Assembly: GCA_964016885.1 (NCBI GenBank)
Contig: OZ024741.1
Coordinates: 142,910,001-142,974,000, forward strand
Length of the DNA stretch: 64,000 nt
Source: Eledone cirrhosa
Lineage: Eukaryota
Reading direction: 5' to 3'
Made by a program: the position numbers and the translations under genes. Below are positions 1-13,240 of this stretch, piece by piece. Below the pieces are notes generated by a model, which was not told where the DNA came from, ran no database searches, and was given only the letters and a program-made list of their open reading frames with translations. The number at the start of each line of letters is the position of its first letter. Position 1 is the first letter of the stretch.

Positions 1-756
1 AAAAATTAATTCTTCCAATTTTCTGAAAAATCACTAAATAATTATAAGATGAGCAGAGTCCAATTAAGTAAATTCCACATAAACACAGACAATACATCAA
101 ATCACAAAGTAGGTGTGCAAACTAGATAAAGAGAATGTTGTGCATTAATTTGAATTTAAAACATTCAATACAACTTCAGAAAATAAGTATCAACAATAAA
201 GAAGCATCGTGTATAAACTGGTTATTGATTTTATATTGGAGGCAATTTTTTTCTTAATTTTGCAAAAATTGACAGAGTAGGAATAGATTATATATTTCAG
301 TTGATGATGCTACAAAGATGAGCCCAGTTTTAACAAAAATTAACTCAACAACTTGGATTGGACATATAATTTCCTCACAATAATCGTTTTAGTATCTTTT
401 CTTCAACAAAAAGGAAAACTTAACAATCAACTAATGGTTTTAATGTTGCCAAGAACAACCAACTAGTTTGCACATCTTAATACAAGAACAGTTTACAAAA
501 TAAATTGTTAATTAGAATTAATAAAGCATGTAGGTTTTAGTGCAAAATGACATGCGAAACATGAACAGAAGAAAAAGATAACACCAACACCAACAAAAAA
601 CATAACAAAAGAAACTAACACTGACACCAACAAATAAAACAATAACACAGACGCCAACAATCTGTAGTCGAAACAGATTCTATTATTTCTCTGATGAGAG
701 AATTTACCCATCCCAGTGCTGTATCTGCTTACATTAAAGAAAAATTAGCAACTTAC

Positions 757-877
757 CTTGGGCCGGCATTGAAGACAGAGTCGTCAAGGAAAGGGTTAAA
801 AAGGGCTGGACTAGGAAAGCCTGGAAAAGAATGTTGAAACATTCTATCGTGTGGTAGATTTCTGCATATCCGACCTC
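757..877 (-). CDS. DNAJB6: DNAJB6-like coding exon 4, low-complexity F/P-rich region (GGRICRNLPHDRMFQHSFPGFPSPALFNPFLDDSVFNAGP); gene continues beyond window start
   Basis: 121 nt, open in the phase left by exon 3; acceptor ttctag|GAG (NAGNAG); donor AAG|gtaagt; weak sequence conservation. Confidence 0.75.
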
Positions 878-2209
878 CTAGAACCAATAGAATAATACTG
901 TGATCTGCTGACAGTTTCTGAATTAATGTTAGTAGGGGGCATTTGAGGTAAGTAGTTGGTCAGTAAGATGTTACTGTGAAATATATAGTGGAGAGATCAG
1001 GAAATGAGCAACTGCTGTGGCTTTTTTTTACAACTCGGAGGAGTGAAAAACCGGTTAAAATGAAGACACGAAATAGATGAGTGAAGTGAGGCTTTTATAT
1101 GACTTGACAAACTTAACCTGAACAAACAGTTATAGTCTTACAAGTTTCTACCAAGAGACCTATCAAAATAGAGCTGCTTCACTTTGAATAAATCAATCAG
1201 ATTTTAAAATTAAAAATACTGTTAGAAATCTTGGAAGATTATTATTTTTTTTGGCAAATGTATGTTCCCACTTCAGTTCTCTCTATTTCAAATAACTGAC
1301 AGATAATTTTGTTTTTACTGTTTATCCACAGAGGGGACAGGCAGTGCCTATGGCCCTTTTCAGGGCCTCCAAGATTGGGGGGAGGAATGGAGAGAAATTT
1401 ATCTTCAAACCAGAGACCTTGATCAAATGCTTGCAACAAAGAGAACTCCACTAAAAACATCTAAGGCTCAGCACAGGAGTAAACTAAGCAATGGATTACA
1501 TATACTATCCATGGGATATAAACTGAGAATGCAAAGAGCCAGAACAAATACCACAAAAAATCTCATCTGATGCTCTAACAATTATGCCAACCCTTTGTTC
1601 TGGAGTTGTGTTTAATTTTATTAACTCCAAAATTATGAAAAACAAATTTGACTCAAGTGCAGAAAGCTGGAACAATTGTTCGAAGGCATTTTGTATCACA
1701 TTCCATTGACTAACAGCTTGCCATTAAAAACAGAAAAATATTAAATTAAGACAGGTCTATTTACTGGTGGGACATTTAAGTTTAACAACCGCATGAAAAA
1801 GCCAGTCTTAGACAATACTTTTACATAGTTGCAGCTTACAGTCATAAATTAAAGATATTGAATAACCTAGTCTTTGATACAATGGCTGGGTTACCTTTGA
1901 TCATAGGTTTGTTTCACCAGGGATGACACTGGAGCAAAACAACAGACATTGGGTCAATCTTCTATATAAAACACATTAGTATAAGAGATAAGCTAAGTTT
2001 GAACAAATCTTTAAAAGACAAGCAACAATACCGAAAATGAGTTGTCAGTGAATATAACAAAAAGGCTTCTATTAAGGTATACCATTAAAACATGCATCTT
2101 CAATGGACACACCCTTACAATTCTTAAAGGTTCAAAGTTAATCAAGGTAAGGAGGTTGTGATTCAGGTGACTTCAGGAAGAAAATTTTGGGTTATTTCCC
2201 CTACCATAC

Positions 2210-2392
2210 CTGAGAAGAATTCTGCGAAAGGATCTCTTCCTCCAAAGAATTCCCTAAACACTTCTTCAGGATCCCTAAAGTGGAAAGTAGGGTAACCAAA
2301 GTTAAATTCAAATCCAGGTCCAGGGTGACCATCGTTGTGCATTCCTGTGAGACCTTCTAATCCATAGCGATCGTAGACGTCTCGTTTTTGTT
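2210..2392 (-). CDS. DNAJB6: DNAJB6-like coding exon 3, end of J-domain plus G/F region ([15 protein letters not shown]...[25 protein letters not shown])
   Basis: 183 nt; tttttcag and gtatgg splice sites; [18 protein letters not shown] is characteristic of the DNAJB6/B2/B8 subfamily. Confidence 0.96.
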
Positions 2393-3666
2393 CTGAAAAA
2401 TGAAAGCCATGAAATAATTAAAAATTGACAAATAGAGCTATCATATGGTTACATACATGAGGGGGGGGGGGGGGGGGCAGAGGGAGAGGCGGTAAGCGGA
2501 CAAGAGAGAAAGTTATAAACAACAAAACATGCACCAAAACAGTCTAATGAAAATCGTATATAATCCAATTGTATATACCAACATGATAGCCACTTTCAAT
2601 TATTTCAAACTGACCCTCCCCACAACCACTAAAGTATTACAACTTTATTAAAAGTGTATGCATTTATTGACAAGCCAATTTTTACACATCTAAAGAATGT
2701 CAAATTATCCATGGTGTATTACTGGTACTTGCTTTCTGGAACCTCTAGGAACAATCAAACAGTACCTTAGAGAACTATGTTATGAGAATATAGCTAAATA
2801 TTACTAAGTATTTAGTTTGGTTCTCAGCTGTTTCTATAATACCACCGAGGAAGTGGTCATGAAGGTAGGCTTAAAAAGAGTGAGTTGCATGTGGTGGTAT
2901 ATTGTAAAGCGTGCCTGGTCTTCTAAGCTGGCATGGGTTGGACAAAGAATGTGGGTGGAGTAGGGAGCACATCTTTCTTCCATGCTAATATGAGGTGGAC
3001 AAAGGAGAATTTGGTATGTGGGAGGTGTGCATGATGTGAGTTGATTGGTAAATCTAGTAGAAAATATACTTCTGGTCCATAGATGTGTTGTCGCCTATCT
3101 GCCTTTATTGCTACTACAATAGCCACTACTCTTCACAACAGGCTGGTGTGTCCACCTCCTCAGACACTCTTGACTTATTCATCTTTCCTCCTGTTATCAC
3201 CCCTTTTTGAGTCCTATGCCTAGTCCTTTTTGCTCAGAACATTGGTCTGCTGGAATTCCCTTCATGCTCATGTCTTTCCTACATGTGTTGACTTCTTACT
3301 CTTGTGTTTCCTCTGTTCTGATATTGTCCTATTTAGTCCATCTTGTCTTTTTGTCAAAAAGAAAAGCAAGAATAGTCAATGAGAAGGCCACAGGATGTGT
3401 GATGAAAGAACTTTGACAAAAATAAATATGACAAACCACCACCCAGTTACTAAACTAGCCAAGGAATGGATTAGTTATTTTAATAATGAAAAACTCAGCT
3501 TGTGCAGGGGGTTTGATATAAAAAAACCCAGAGTAGGGAGGAGAGCTTCTGCTCCACTGTACCTGACATTCACATTAATATAATCAAATGATATAAATAC
3601 TGAAAGTAACTAAGAGAAAAATGTGACAAAGAATAGCATGAAAAACACACAAAGCATACAACTTAC

Positions 3667-3776
3667 TGTCAGAAAGTACTTCATAGGCTTGAGATATTTC
3701 TTTAAACTTTCTTTCAGCTTCATCTTTTCTGTCAGGATTTTTGTCTGGATGCCATTTTAAAGCAAGTTTCCGATAG
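3667..3776 (-). CDS. DNAJB6: DNAJB6-like coding exon 2, J-domain HPD ([36 protein letters not shown])
   Basis: 110 nt; ttgcag acceptor and gtaagt donor; WHPDKNP motif; frame continuous with both neighbours. Confidence 0.97.
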
Positions 3777-6700
3777 CTGCAAATATATTAACAATTCAAA
3801 CATCAGATAAAGATAGATGATACATAGCCACCTTCTTATAGTGCATGAATGTAATTTTATAGTTCAGTTTGGGGGAAGGGCTGATGTCTAGGGCCTTCAC
3901 ATTTGAACAACTACAAGATTTCAGATGGCTGACAGTGTGAAAAAAAGTGTAGTGATTAGTGCAGTGTGTGTGTATACAATGGTGATTGAAGACAGCTAAG
4001 TGAGTTAGATGGTCTAAAATGGTAGTAGCTGATAGTTAGCAGTAGGAGAGGCAAAGTGCAGAGACAGCAATCTGAGAACCAGCAGCTGGAGGATGATGGT
4101 AAGCAACTTCATATTAATCAGTTGGGTGACCCTTTTTTAAGATGCAATTTACAATGTATGTGCAGCAGCACCCCATTGTGGGTCTTAAGCTTTGTATAGG
4201 CTTAATTGTTGGAAATTATATTTTCTGGTTCCAAAGAAGGCCAGACATTGCAGTGCAGTCTTTACCACGTTGAAGATGTGATGGGGAGGAGTAGCATTGG
4301 TAATGATATTATGGACTAGTTACATCTTCATGATTAGAGGGGTGGAAGTGGGGTACAGGTTTATTTTCTTGATATGTGTAGCAATTCAAGCCAGTTTTAT
4401 TGAAGGAAACATGATTGACATGAGAATATTTTCAAGGTCTGTTCATAGAGTCAGACATTTTATCTAAACCAGCACTAAATTGTTTGTAGATGATGCTAAG
4501 ATGTGGAAGGTCAAGTGTATGTGAAGGGTAGTATTATGTGTGTAGGAGTGTTTTGGAGGCATCGGTAGGTAGGTTGTTGATGTACAGGAGGAAGAACAAG
4601 GAGACAAAATTGGACCATTAGGCTCTGAACAAACAGAGCCTACCTTTAACTCCCAACTCCACTGGGTTGTAAACAAGTTTCATTTTTCCATCTTATAATC
4701 AAAACCTAATTACAAACTCAGCATATCTATCAAGCATCTTAATTTTTCTTTCTAGTGAAATGACATATCCAACCTTCTCCCCATCTATATCTGTCCAGTT
4801 TATCAACATTTTTATCATCCCCTTGCAAAATGGAGAAAAGAGCCACTAATCTAAAAATGAAAATACTTTGTTCTGTGTGTATACTGAGCTAGAAGAGGAA
4901 TAGAAGATGGAAGATAGCCAAGTGGGAGTTATGTAAGTGGGACATAGACAGAGAGTCATTAGTCTCAGAAGTTTCTTGATACCAACCTGTCTCAAATGAC
5001 CACTGGTTCTGTACGTCAGATATCACCTCACAAGGGTTGGAAGGAAACCTCAGTCATCAAGGAGATGACAATCTCCTTAGTGTTGGTGATTTACATAAAT
5101 GCACTCAGTACACAAAAGTGGTTAGTGATATGAAGGGCACCCATCAGTAAAAAGCTTGTCAAACAAAGAGTTGGGGAGACCCTTCAGTTGTGTCAGACAT
5201 GACAACCTCCCTACTGCTGGTGCAAAGATAAAATGCACTCGGCAGGAACAGACCAACTTACTTGGAAGGTCAGTAGACTTGCTTCAGTACTTACTGACTT
5301 GGTCTGTGAAGACCTGTCCAACCCTTGCTAGCAGATGTTAAATGATGAAGTTCCTTGATACTGACCTATCTGAAATGACCCCTGGTTCACTGTAGTTATA
5401 TTAAAAAAAAAAATTATTTTATAATTTCACATATGTAACTTTTGTTAGGAGTTCCAAGCACCATCTCATGGAATTAAGGCCTATCGACAGTAGTATGTTA
5501 AGTATCTCTGCCCGTCGTGTGTAAGACCAGAGTTTGATGTCCAAACAGGGAAGCATATTATTTTGAGATATGGGTGTATATATTTTTTTAATTTACTCAC
5601 CTCAAGCAAAGCAAAGCCACTAAAATACAAGGGGTTATTGAGAAGGGAAAAGGACAAGACAGGTATGGCTGTGTTGTTAAAAAGTTTATTTCAGAACCAT
5701 GTTTCAGGCTCAGCTACATTGCATGGTACTTTAGGCAAGTGCTTTCCTTTCTACGACAGCCCTATATCAACCAATGTCTTTTGAATTAATTTGATAGATG
5801 GAAATTGTGTGGAAGTTTGTCATTTTATATATATATCATCACAATCACCACTTAACATTTATTTTCCATGCTTGCATGGGCTAGACAGTTCAAGAGTGAC
5901 CATGCCTCGCTCAAACATTTTTGATTTTCTATGATTGGATACCCTTCCAAATACCAACCACTTTACAGTGTGAACAGAGCTTTTTATGTGACACTACATA
6001 TGTGTTTGAGTGTGTTCATGTGTATGTCAGTCATTGCAAATGTCTTAATATCAACATATGACTTCTATCAACAATACATGCAACAGTGTGGTGGTTCAAC
6101 AAATGCCAGCTGTATATAAAGCTAGGGCTAGCACCAAGAAGGGCATCTGGTGAAAGACAGCCTGAAAACATTTCATCCAACACATGCAAGCTTAGAAAAG
6201 TAGACAATTATAATGGACTGTATATTCATCAGAAATATAGTTACAGAGGGGTAAAACAATAAAGCCACTAAAATGCAAGGTGTTACTGAGATAGGAAAAG
6301 GACAAGACAGAAAACATAATTCAAGGAGAGAGAAGATGACAATTGATGTTGCTTTTGAAGACAAGGCATCAAAATGGAATAATTTCCATGAAAATATTAA
6401 TTTAAAAAAACCCCCCAAAACAGAGATAACAACTTGGTGACAAAGAGTATGTAACAAATTTAAATAACCAAACAACAGACTTTCTGAGTACGCATATAAA
6501 ACATAACTTTAGATAACATATTCAAGATGACTCCATGGTGACTAGAAAAAAGCCATTAACTAACCATAGGTCTAGAGACTTACTATATGAACCTCTCAAC
6601 ACAGTGTTCAAGGAATTATAGCACTATTATATCGAGAACTGGAAATGCCTGCAAGACAACCTACTGGGAATTACAGATTAGACTTGTGGCTGGGGACAAG

Positions 6701-6899
6701 GTGACATAGTACAGTGAAGAGAGAGCCTTGAAAAATGGAAAGCAGGGAAGTAGTAGGGAACAATAGTTAGAAGAGAAGTTAGATGTCAGATTTATTTGAC
6801 AAGAATTGCCAATGTTCTGCACCCTGAGGATCAGAAGCACGAAGCATTTTAGATTTAAAGACAGTGCACTAGAAAAAACTGGGGTGTGATATTTGTGAG

Positions 6900-7990
6900 A
6901 AGTGTGTATAGAATGACAATAGTACACTTGCCCTTACTGACACCAAAAAGAAAGATGTAGAGAAATGCTACTATGAGGGATTCTTAAATTAGAAGGATGC
7001 AGGCTCAACCGAGACCAACCATTAAAGTTGACAGGTAGATAAACAGGAATATGACAGTTGGGGAGGCAGCTGAATCACTAGGGATTGTTGCTGAGATGAT
7101 TAAACTATCCTGCAGAGCAGGACATAAACTAGTCACTCACATAGTCAATAAGGTGGTACAAAAAGGTGTTATGCCTAATGATTAACATAGCAGCATCATT
7201 GTCAAATGCTACAAGGGTAAAGGAGATGCATTAGAATGAAGCAATTACAGTTTATGAAGGTTACAGTGTGTTAGCTCTGTTAGGGATAGAACTAATCTTG
7301 AAATAAAGATTGACTTTTTGCTATAAAAAAAAAACACTGCCGATGCCATCTTCCTAGTGAAACAATTGTAGAAGTACTTAGCTAAGAGCCCCGTTTGTTG
7401 ACCTGAAAAAAGCCTTTGACAGCAACCCACACTGTAATCTGGTGATCACTTAGGAATCTAGGGATAGATGAATGGCTTGTGAGGGTCATACAAGGCATGC
7501 ACAGAAGTGCAGCCAGCAAGGTGAATACAGCGACGAATTTGTGGGTAGGATTCTGCCAAGTTCAATTCTTACCCCCCTCATGTTACTTCTAGTCCTCCAG
7601 GTCATAGCAGGAGAATTCAAGACTGGTTGCCTATGTATGCTAATGATCTAGTCTTCATAGCTGAAACTCTAGAATTAAAGAAGAAATTCCAAACTTAGAA
7701 ACAGAATCTAGAATCAAAGTGTCTCAAAATAAACCTAGCAAAAACTAAAGTTTTACTTAGTAGGAAAGATAAGACTGCTACCACCAGGTAAATGGACATG
7801 TTTATTATGTTGAAAAGGAGTAGGTAGAAACTCCATACAGAGTACCCAGTGTGTACAATGAACATGACATGCAGTGAGATTACAGACAGGCTGACAGAGA
7901 AAGATGTGAAATCATAGGCAGAAAGGGTTACTTGTAAAATAAAGTCCCTCAAATGCTCAGAAGGTACACTAAAGTAGTAAATAGCTCATG
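6900..7990 (+). mobile_element. Decayed RTE-like LINE RT fragment
   Basis: Remnants YKGKGDAL, VDLKKAFD, GIDEWLV, YANDLV. Confidence 0.8.
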
Positions 7991-8956
7991 GTATCTATCT
8001 GAGACACACATAGAAGTACTTGTCATCCACAGCATTCAGACCCACTTCCAACCATCTTGATCTTGTCTCTGGATAAAAGCAGGCTTAGTTGAGAGAGTGA
8101 GATTGACATTGTGCATGCAACTTCCTTGTACCACCCAAACCCAATTCACATGTTAAGGCTCACACCTAATAGGTTTAGCGAGCTTTCCATGAGCATGCAT
8201 CTCATAGGTCTCTATAGTGTTTTAATAAGTGATCCAGTCCTGTTGTGTCACTTTTCTGGAGACAGAAGGTAGGCACTAAACTCAGATTGCTCAAATACCA
8301 TAAGATATCCTAACAATTCACTGCCCAAGATTAATCCAAACGGTAGGATTTGAACTTAAGTGAAAAGGGCTGAAACAAATGCCCTAAGGTATTTAATCTG
8401 ATGCTCTAATGACTGCCAATTCACCACCTACTGTCATGTCATGGAAAGCAGAAATATTAAGGATGGATGAGCAAGTTATTCTTTCTATACTGTATGTACT
8501 ATTGTAAACTATTTTTTTAAATGGCACTCTTCTATACATTAGGAGACTATTACTTCTGATAGGACCTTCTGGAACATGTCTGAGGACTGCTCACACAACC
8601 CTCTATACACAATTATGCACTACTCTATGTAGTTAATGCAGAAGTACAGTTGTACTTCTTAGATACAGCAACTGCTACAACTCGAGTATAATACAAACAG
8701 AAGTTAATTAGAGTTGGACAAGTTTCTTTTAACGATGAAAACATGTAAAAGTAAATTACTTTAACATTTGATACCAACCTGCTGAAAATTACATCTGGTT
8801 CTTTGAAAATAAAACCATCTATTTTAATGGGCTCTTATTTAAATATCTTCCAACATAATTTTATATAAAAACCATATGTTAAGTTATATTAATAAAGAAG
8901 TAACTTTAGTAAATCCCTCAAAATTTTTCATTAATTAATTGAAATAGCATGTATTA

Positions 8957-10133
8957 GAGTGGGTTGAAAGGTTCACTAGTTGACTATGAAGGAGTAATGC
9001 TAGAGCTGTGAAATCTTGCAAGCATTAATTTCAACTATTAATAACCGCATTGTTTCTTTCCAGGTAAACTGACATCTGACTAGTCAAAGAATACTTCAAA
9101 AGTAACTAGTAGCAACTTCTCTTGAAAATGGAAAATATTTGGCATCAAGGTGTTATTAAGTACCTGCAGAAAAAAGGTTTAGCCCCCAAGGACATTCATG
9201 CTGACGTTGCTACATTAGGGAATGACACTCCAGCTTTATCAATAGTGCAAAAGCAGGCAACTGAATTTAGGAGGGGAAGAAAGAGTCTTTAAGATGACCC
9301 AAGTTCTGGATGTCCTGCAACTGCCACCACTGAGCAAACATTGATCGTGTTCACCAGGCTATTAGCATATCCCATGAAAGAGTTGATAATATTCTGCACA
9401 ATGAACTGCTTGATGGGTCCCACATTTTCTGACACCTGATCAAAAGTGCACCAGGCTGATCACACAGCAAAATCCGACATTGTTTGAGGCAGATCCAGCT
9501 GGTTTCCTTGAATGCTTCCTAATCCAGGACGAACATTGGGTTCATCACTGAGCCACACACACCCTTCCTCATCTGCTCCAAAGAAGGCCAATGGTTGTTT
9601 CATTTACAGAGAAGGTGATGGTCTCAGTTGTTTGGGATGTAAAAGGCATTGTGTATATTGACTATCTTCAAAAGGGCCATACCATCAATGGAGAGCACCA
9701 TGCCAACTTGCTAAGACAGTTACAAAAGGCTAATAAGACAAAATACCCTGGAAAACTCATGAAAGGAGTTTTCTTTCACCAGGATAATGCTCCAGCACAC
9801 AAGTCCTTGGTTTCGATGGCTGCAGTGCATGACTGGCTTTGAATTAGCTAATCACCCTCCTTATTCTCTTGATTTGGCCCCCATCTGGTTATCATCTGCT
9901 ACCCAAAATGAAAAAAAAAACAAAAAAAAAAAAAAACACTTGTCTGGGAACCAGTATCGAAATGGTGCCGTCATATCTGCTGCTGATGACTTCTTTTAGG
10001 ATAAAAGCATCTTCATCAATGGGATTCAAGTACTGCAACACCGAAAGAAGTGTATGGACCACAAAGAAAACTGTTGAAAAATGAACCTTATTTGGTCACA
10101 TTCCATGAGAATATCTTATTCAGCCGACCCTCA
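8957..10133 (+). mobile_element. Decayed mariner transposon
   Basis: Disrupted transposase from ~9128 (MENIWHQGVIKYL..., VWDVKGIVYIDYL, FHQDNAPAH, HPPYSLDLAP); degenerate TIRs flanked by TA; appears nested in an older MITE (~8760-10170). Confidence 0.9.
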
Positions 10134-10303
10134 TATTTCTTTAGAATTATGGTCACAAAAAGGTTTATGACCAAGATGATCACACAACACTTAGATATTT
10201 CTATGATGTTTAACAGATATAACAGACCTTTTCTGAAGAGGATAGCAATCTGTCTCAGGTAATTTTGCCCCACCTGAATGGTACCTATTATTGACTGATA
10301 GAT

Positions 10304-12208
10304 CATCATCATCATCATCATATCTTGTCGCGCCAGTGCCGTATCCATTGAAGTGCAGCGTCGTTTGCTTCCATCAGGTCTTGGTCGGAGCATGTGGGTC
10401 CCAGTGGGCACTCGCTGCAGGGGCACTCAGCGCAGGTGGCCAATCCCCACTTGTGGAGGTTGTCTCCAGTTTTGCCCGTTTTGGCTCTGGCCCTGTTTAG
10501 GGTTACCCAGTCCTTTCTACTAAGAGATGTTCCATTGGGGAGGCTTTAATTTGGGCTTGGTAAGGCCGCGGTCACTCTCCCTCCACTTTTCCAACCTGTA
10601 AGCCGCCGATTGTGCATGCTCCAGGCTATCCACGGTTAAGAAGCTTTTTCGAGATTTTAATCGTCTTCTTATTTCCTGGTGGCCATAGAGTGGATGCCTG
10701 GGATCGTGTTGTTGTTTGTACCGTTCAGTTTTTGCGTTGACCTCTTGTCGTATGTGGGGCGGTGGAATGCAAGAGTGTATACGGCTGGAAGGAGAGTTGC
10801 TTTTAATGTTCTGGTGATCATCCGGCATAATTTGTTCAACCCTGTTTGCATGGCACGACCTTGCCCATACTCCGAGGTAAACTGGATGAGGGTGGTTTTC
10901 CAGTTCATTGTTGCCCCATCTGATTTTTAGTTTCCTAAAAATATCCCAAGAGGCTGCAGGAAGTTTTACATCCCAGGACTCAATGAGCAAAACAAAGAAA
11001 TGTACCAGGAGTACGTCCAGGCGTATAATGACGACCCATTTGCCATAAACACCATAGAGCTCGGAGAGATCCTGACAGCCTCGATCAACAATGAAAAGAA
11101 AGAGCGCTGGCAAGAAGTCATAACCAACATCGATATGACTCATAACAGCAAAAACTCCTGGGCAACCATAAAAAAATTAAGCTCTGAAAAGAAACCACAA
11201 CCAACAATAGCTGCCGTTACCCCAAATGAAGTGGCACACCAACTGCTACTCAACGGTAAGCCCAAGAATAGAAAGGGGGGATACCTAAGGGAAATGAAAC
11301 AGGACATGAACCGTGCCATGCACAACTCTGACGAAAACTTTGAACCATTTAACATGGAAGAGCTGCATGCAGCTATGAAACACCTTAAACCAGGGAAGGC
11401 AGCCGGCCTGGATGGCATCACAGTGGAGGTGATATTGCACTTTGGAGAAATGGTGAAAACGTGGCTCCTGTCGCTCTTTAACAACTGTGCATCAGCCTGT
11501 CAAATACCAAGGATATGGAGAAGAGCTAGAGTGGTGGCTCTCTTGAAGCCAAACAAAGACCCGGCATCTCCAAAGAGCTACCGACCAATATCCTTACTGT
11601 GCACCCTTTACAGACTATACGAGCGCATGATCATGGCTCGCTTGTCCCCTACTGTAGAAGAACAACTATCTCCAGACCAGGCTGGCTTCCGGCCCGGACG
11701 ATCATGCTGCGGTTAAGTACTGAACCTGACTCAATACATCAAGGATGGATATGAGGCCAAAAAAATTACCCGAGCAGTCTTTGTCGACCTCACAGCTGCC
11801 TACGACACCGTGAACCACAGAGCCACTTCTTTTAAAGGTGGCTCAAACAGTTCGGAACACCACTGCAGTCCGCATAATTGAGTCACTGCTCATCAATCGG
11901 CGGTTCTTTGTTGAGATGGATAGCAGGCGAAGTAGGTGGAGGGTCCAGAACAACGGACTCGCACAGGGCTCTGTTCTAGCCCCTATGCTGTTCAACATTT
12001 ACACAAATGACCAGCCGCAGTTCCACAATATTCGTAGATTCATATATGCGGATGATCTCTGCATCGCAACACAATCAGGCTCCTTTGACACAATCGAGGA
12101 AAGACTATCAAATGCCCTGACAACTCTCTGCATACTACAAAAAAAGTACCTTAACGCTAATGCCAGCAAAACTCAGGTGTGTGCCTTCCATCTTAACAAC
12201 CACCAAGC
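10304..12208 (-). mobile_element. Young 5'-truncated, 5'-inverted non-LTR retrotransposon (RTE/RTE-X-like RT)
   Basis: 3' part on minus at 10304-10936 with (TGA)n tail; inverted RT part on plus at 10937-12208 (KAAGLDGI, YRPISLL, QAGFRPGRS, QGSVLAP, YADD); 11-bp TSD GACTGATAGAT at 10293-10303 and 12209-12219. Confidence 0.93.
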
Positions 12209-12960
12209 GACTGATAGATGACAACAAAACTTCAAAACATTTAAATCTTGAAGCTGTGCATTGGCTGAATGAATAAGGACAAAAGTATTTAAATGATAAT
12301 CAACTGTATGTATCCCAGTTTTTAAAATAGGTCACTGTATCCCTGCATGTTGTAAGATGCAACTAAAAGGGTTGGCATCAGGAAGAGTATCTGGCTGTAA
12401 AACAGTTTCAAACAATCCTGTCCAATCCATGCCTACATGGAAAAGTGCCACAGACAACTTAACAAAAAATACAAAATCACTTTAAGTACTTGAAATTATG
12501 AAAAAGCCTCCAAATGACAAATATCCTTTATAGTTATGTCTCAATATCTGGAAACATTGAAAAAATACTGATTTCTAAAATAAAGAAGTATTTTATTGTA
12601 TTATTTCACTCATTTTCATTCTCTTATACAAATGTCAGGTTTTGGCACAAATTTTCAATTTACAAATTGGTTAAAATCAACCCTTCCACCTCTCAGGCGA
12701 AGTGGAGGGGTCAATTTAAACTAATTTGGAGATCCTGATGCCAAAGGATGGAAATACAAAAATCATTGTCAGTGGAATAGTAACAGTGTGATTATGGATG
12801 GAATCTTGCCTAAGGGAGAATATAGAAAAGCTGTCAGTCCATACATACAGTTGCAATTTAAAGAGATACAAGAACAGTTGAAGACACTCAGGTCCATTGA
12901 AATATTTCTTCCATGATAAAACAGCTTACATTTGAAAAAGGTTTCAGAGGTGGTCATATG

Positions 12961-13240
12961 GGTGTCAGGACAAAAAGCACCCAGCACACTCTGTAACATA
13001 GTTGTGTAGGTGTCAGTACAAAAAGCACTCAGCCCACACTAACGTGACCATGTAGGTGTGTGTCACAACAAAAAGCACTCAGCCCACACTAACGTGACCA
13101 TGTAGGTGTGTGTCACAACAAAAAGCACCCAGCCAAAACTGTAAAGTAGTCATGTAGGTATCTTGACAAAAAGCGGTCAGCCCACACTGTAAAGTGGTTG
13201 TGTCACGACAAAAAGCACCCAGCACACATTGTAAATGTGG
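12961..13240 (+). repeat. Tandem expansion (~6 units, 42-50 bp) of an internal SINE family A module
   Basis: Unit aaaaagcacYcagcccacact...tgtaggtgt; units at 13021-13070 and 13071-13120 are essentially identical. Confidence 0.85.

Noticed and set aside
1352-1367. Exact histone 3' stem-loop GGCCCTTTTCAGGGCC, with a compensatory variant GACCCTTTTCAGGGTC at 61734-61749
   Set aside because: No histone ORF upstream. Both copies lie in the same dispersed repeat, the first is antisense to DNAJB6, and the second lacks the second-position G needed for SLBP binding. More likely a SINE 3' hairpin.
2461-2477. Poly-G run (and poly-C at ~44824-44844) as functional G-quadruplexes
   Set aside because: Simple homopolymers of unreliable length with no further support
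12961-13240. CRISPR-like regularly spaced repeats
   Set aside because: The intervening sequences are themselves repeated, the context is a eukaryotic SINE, and there are no cas genes
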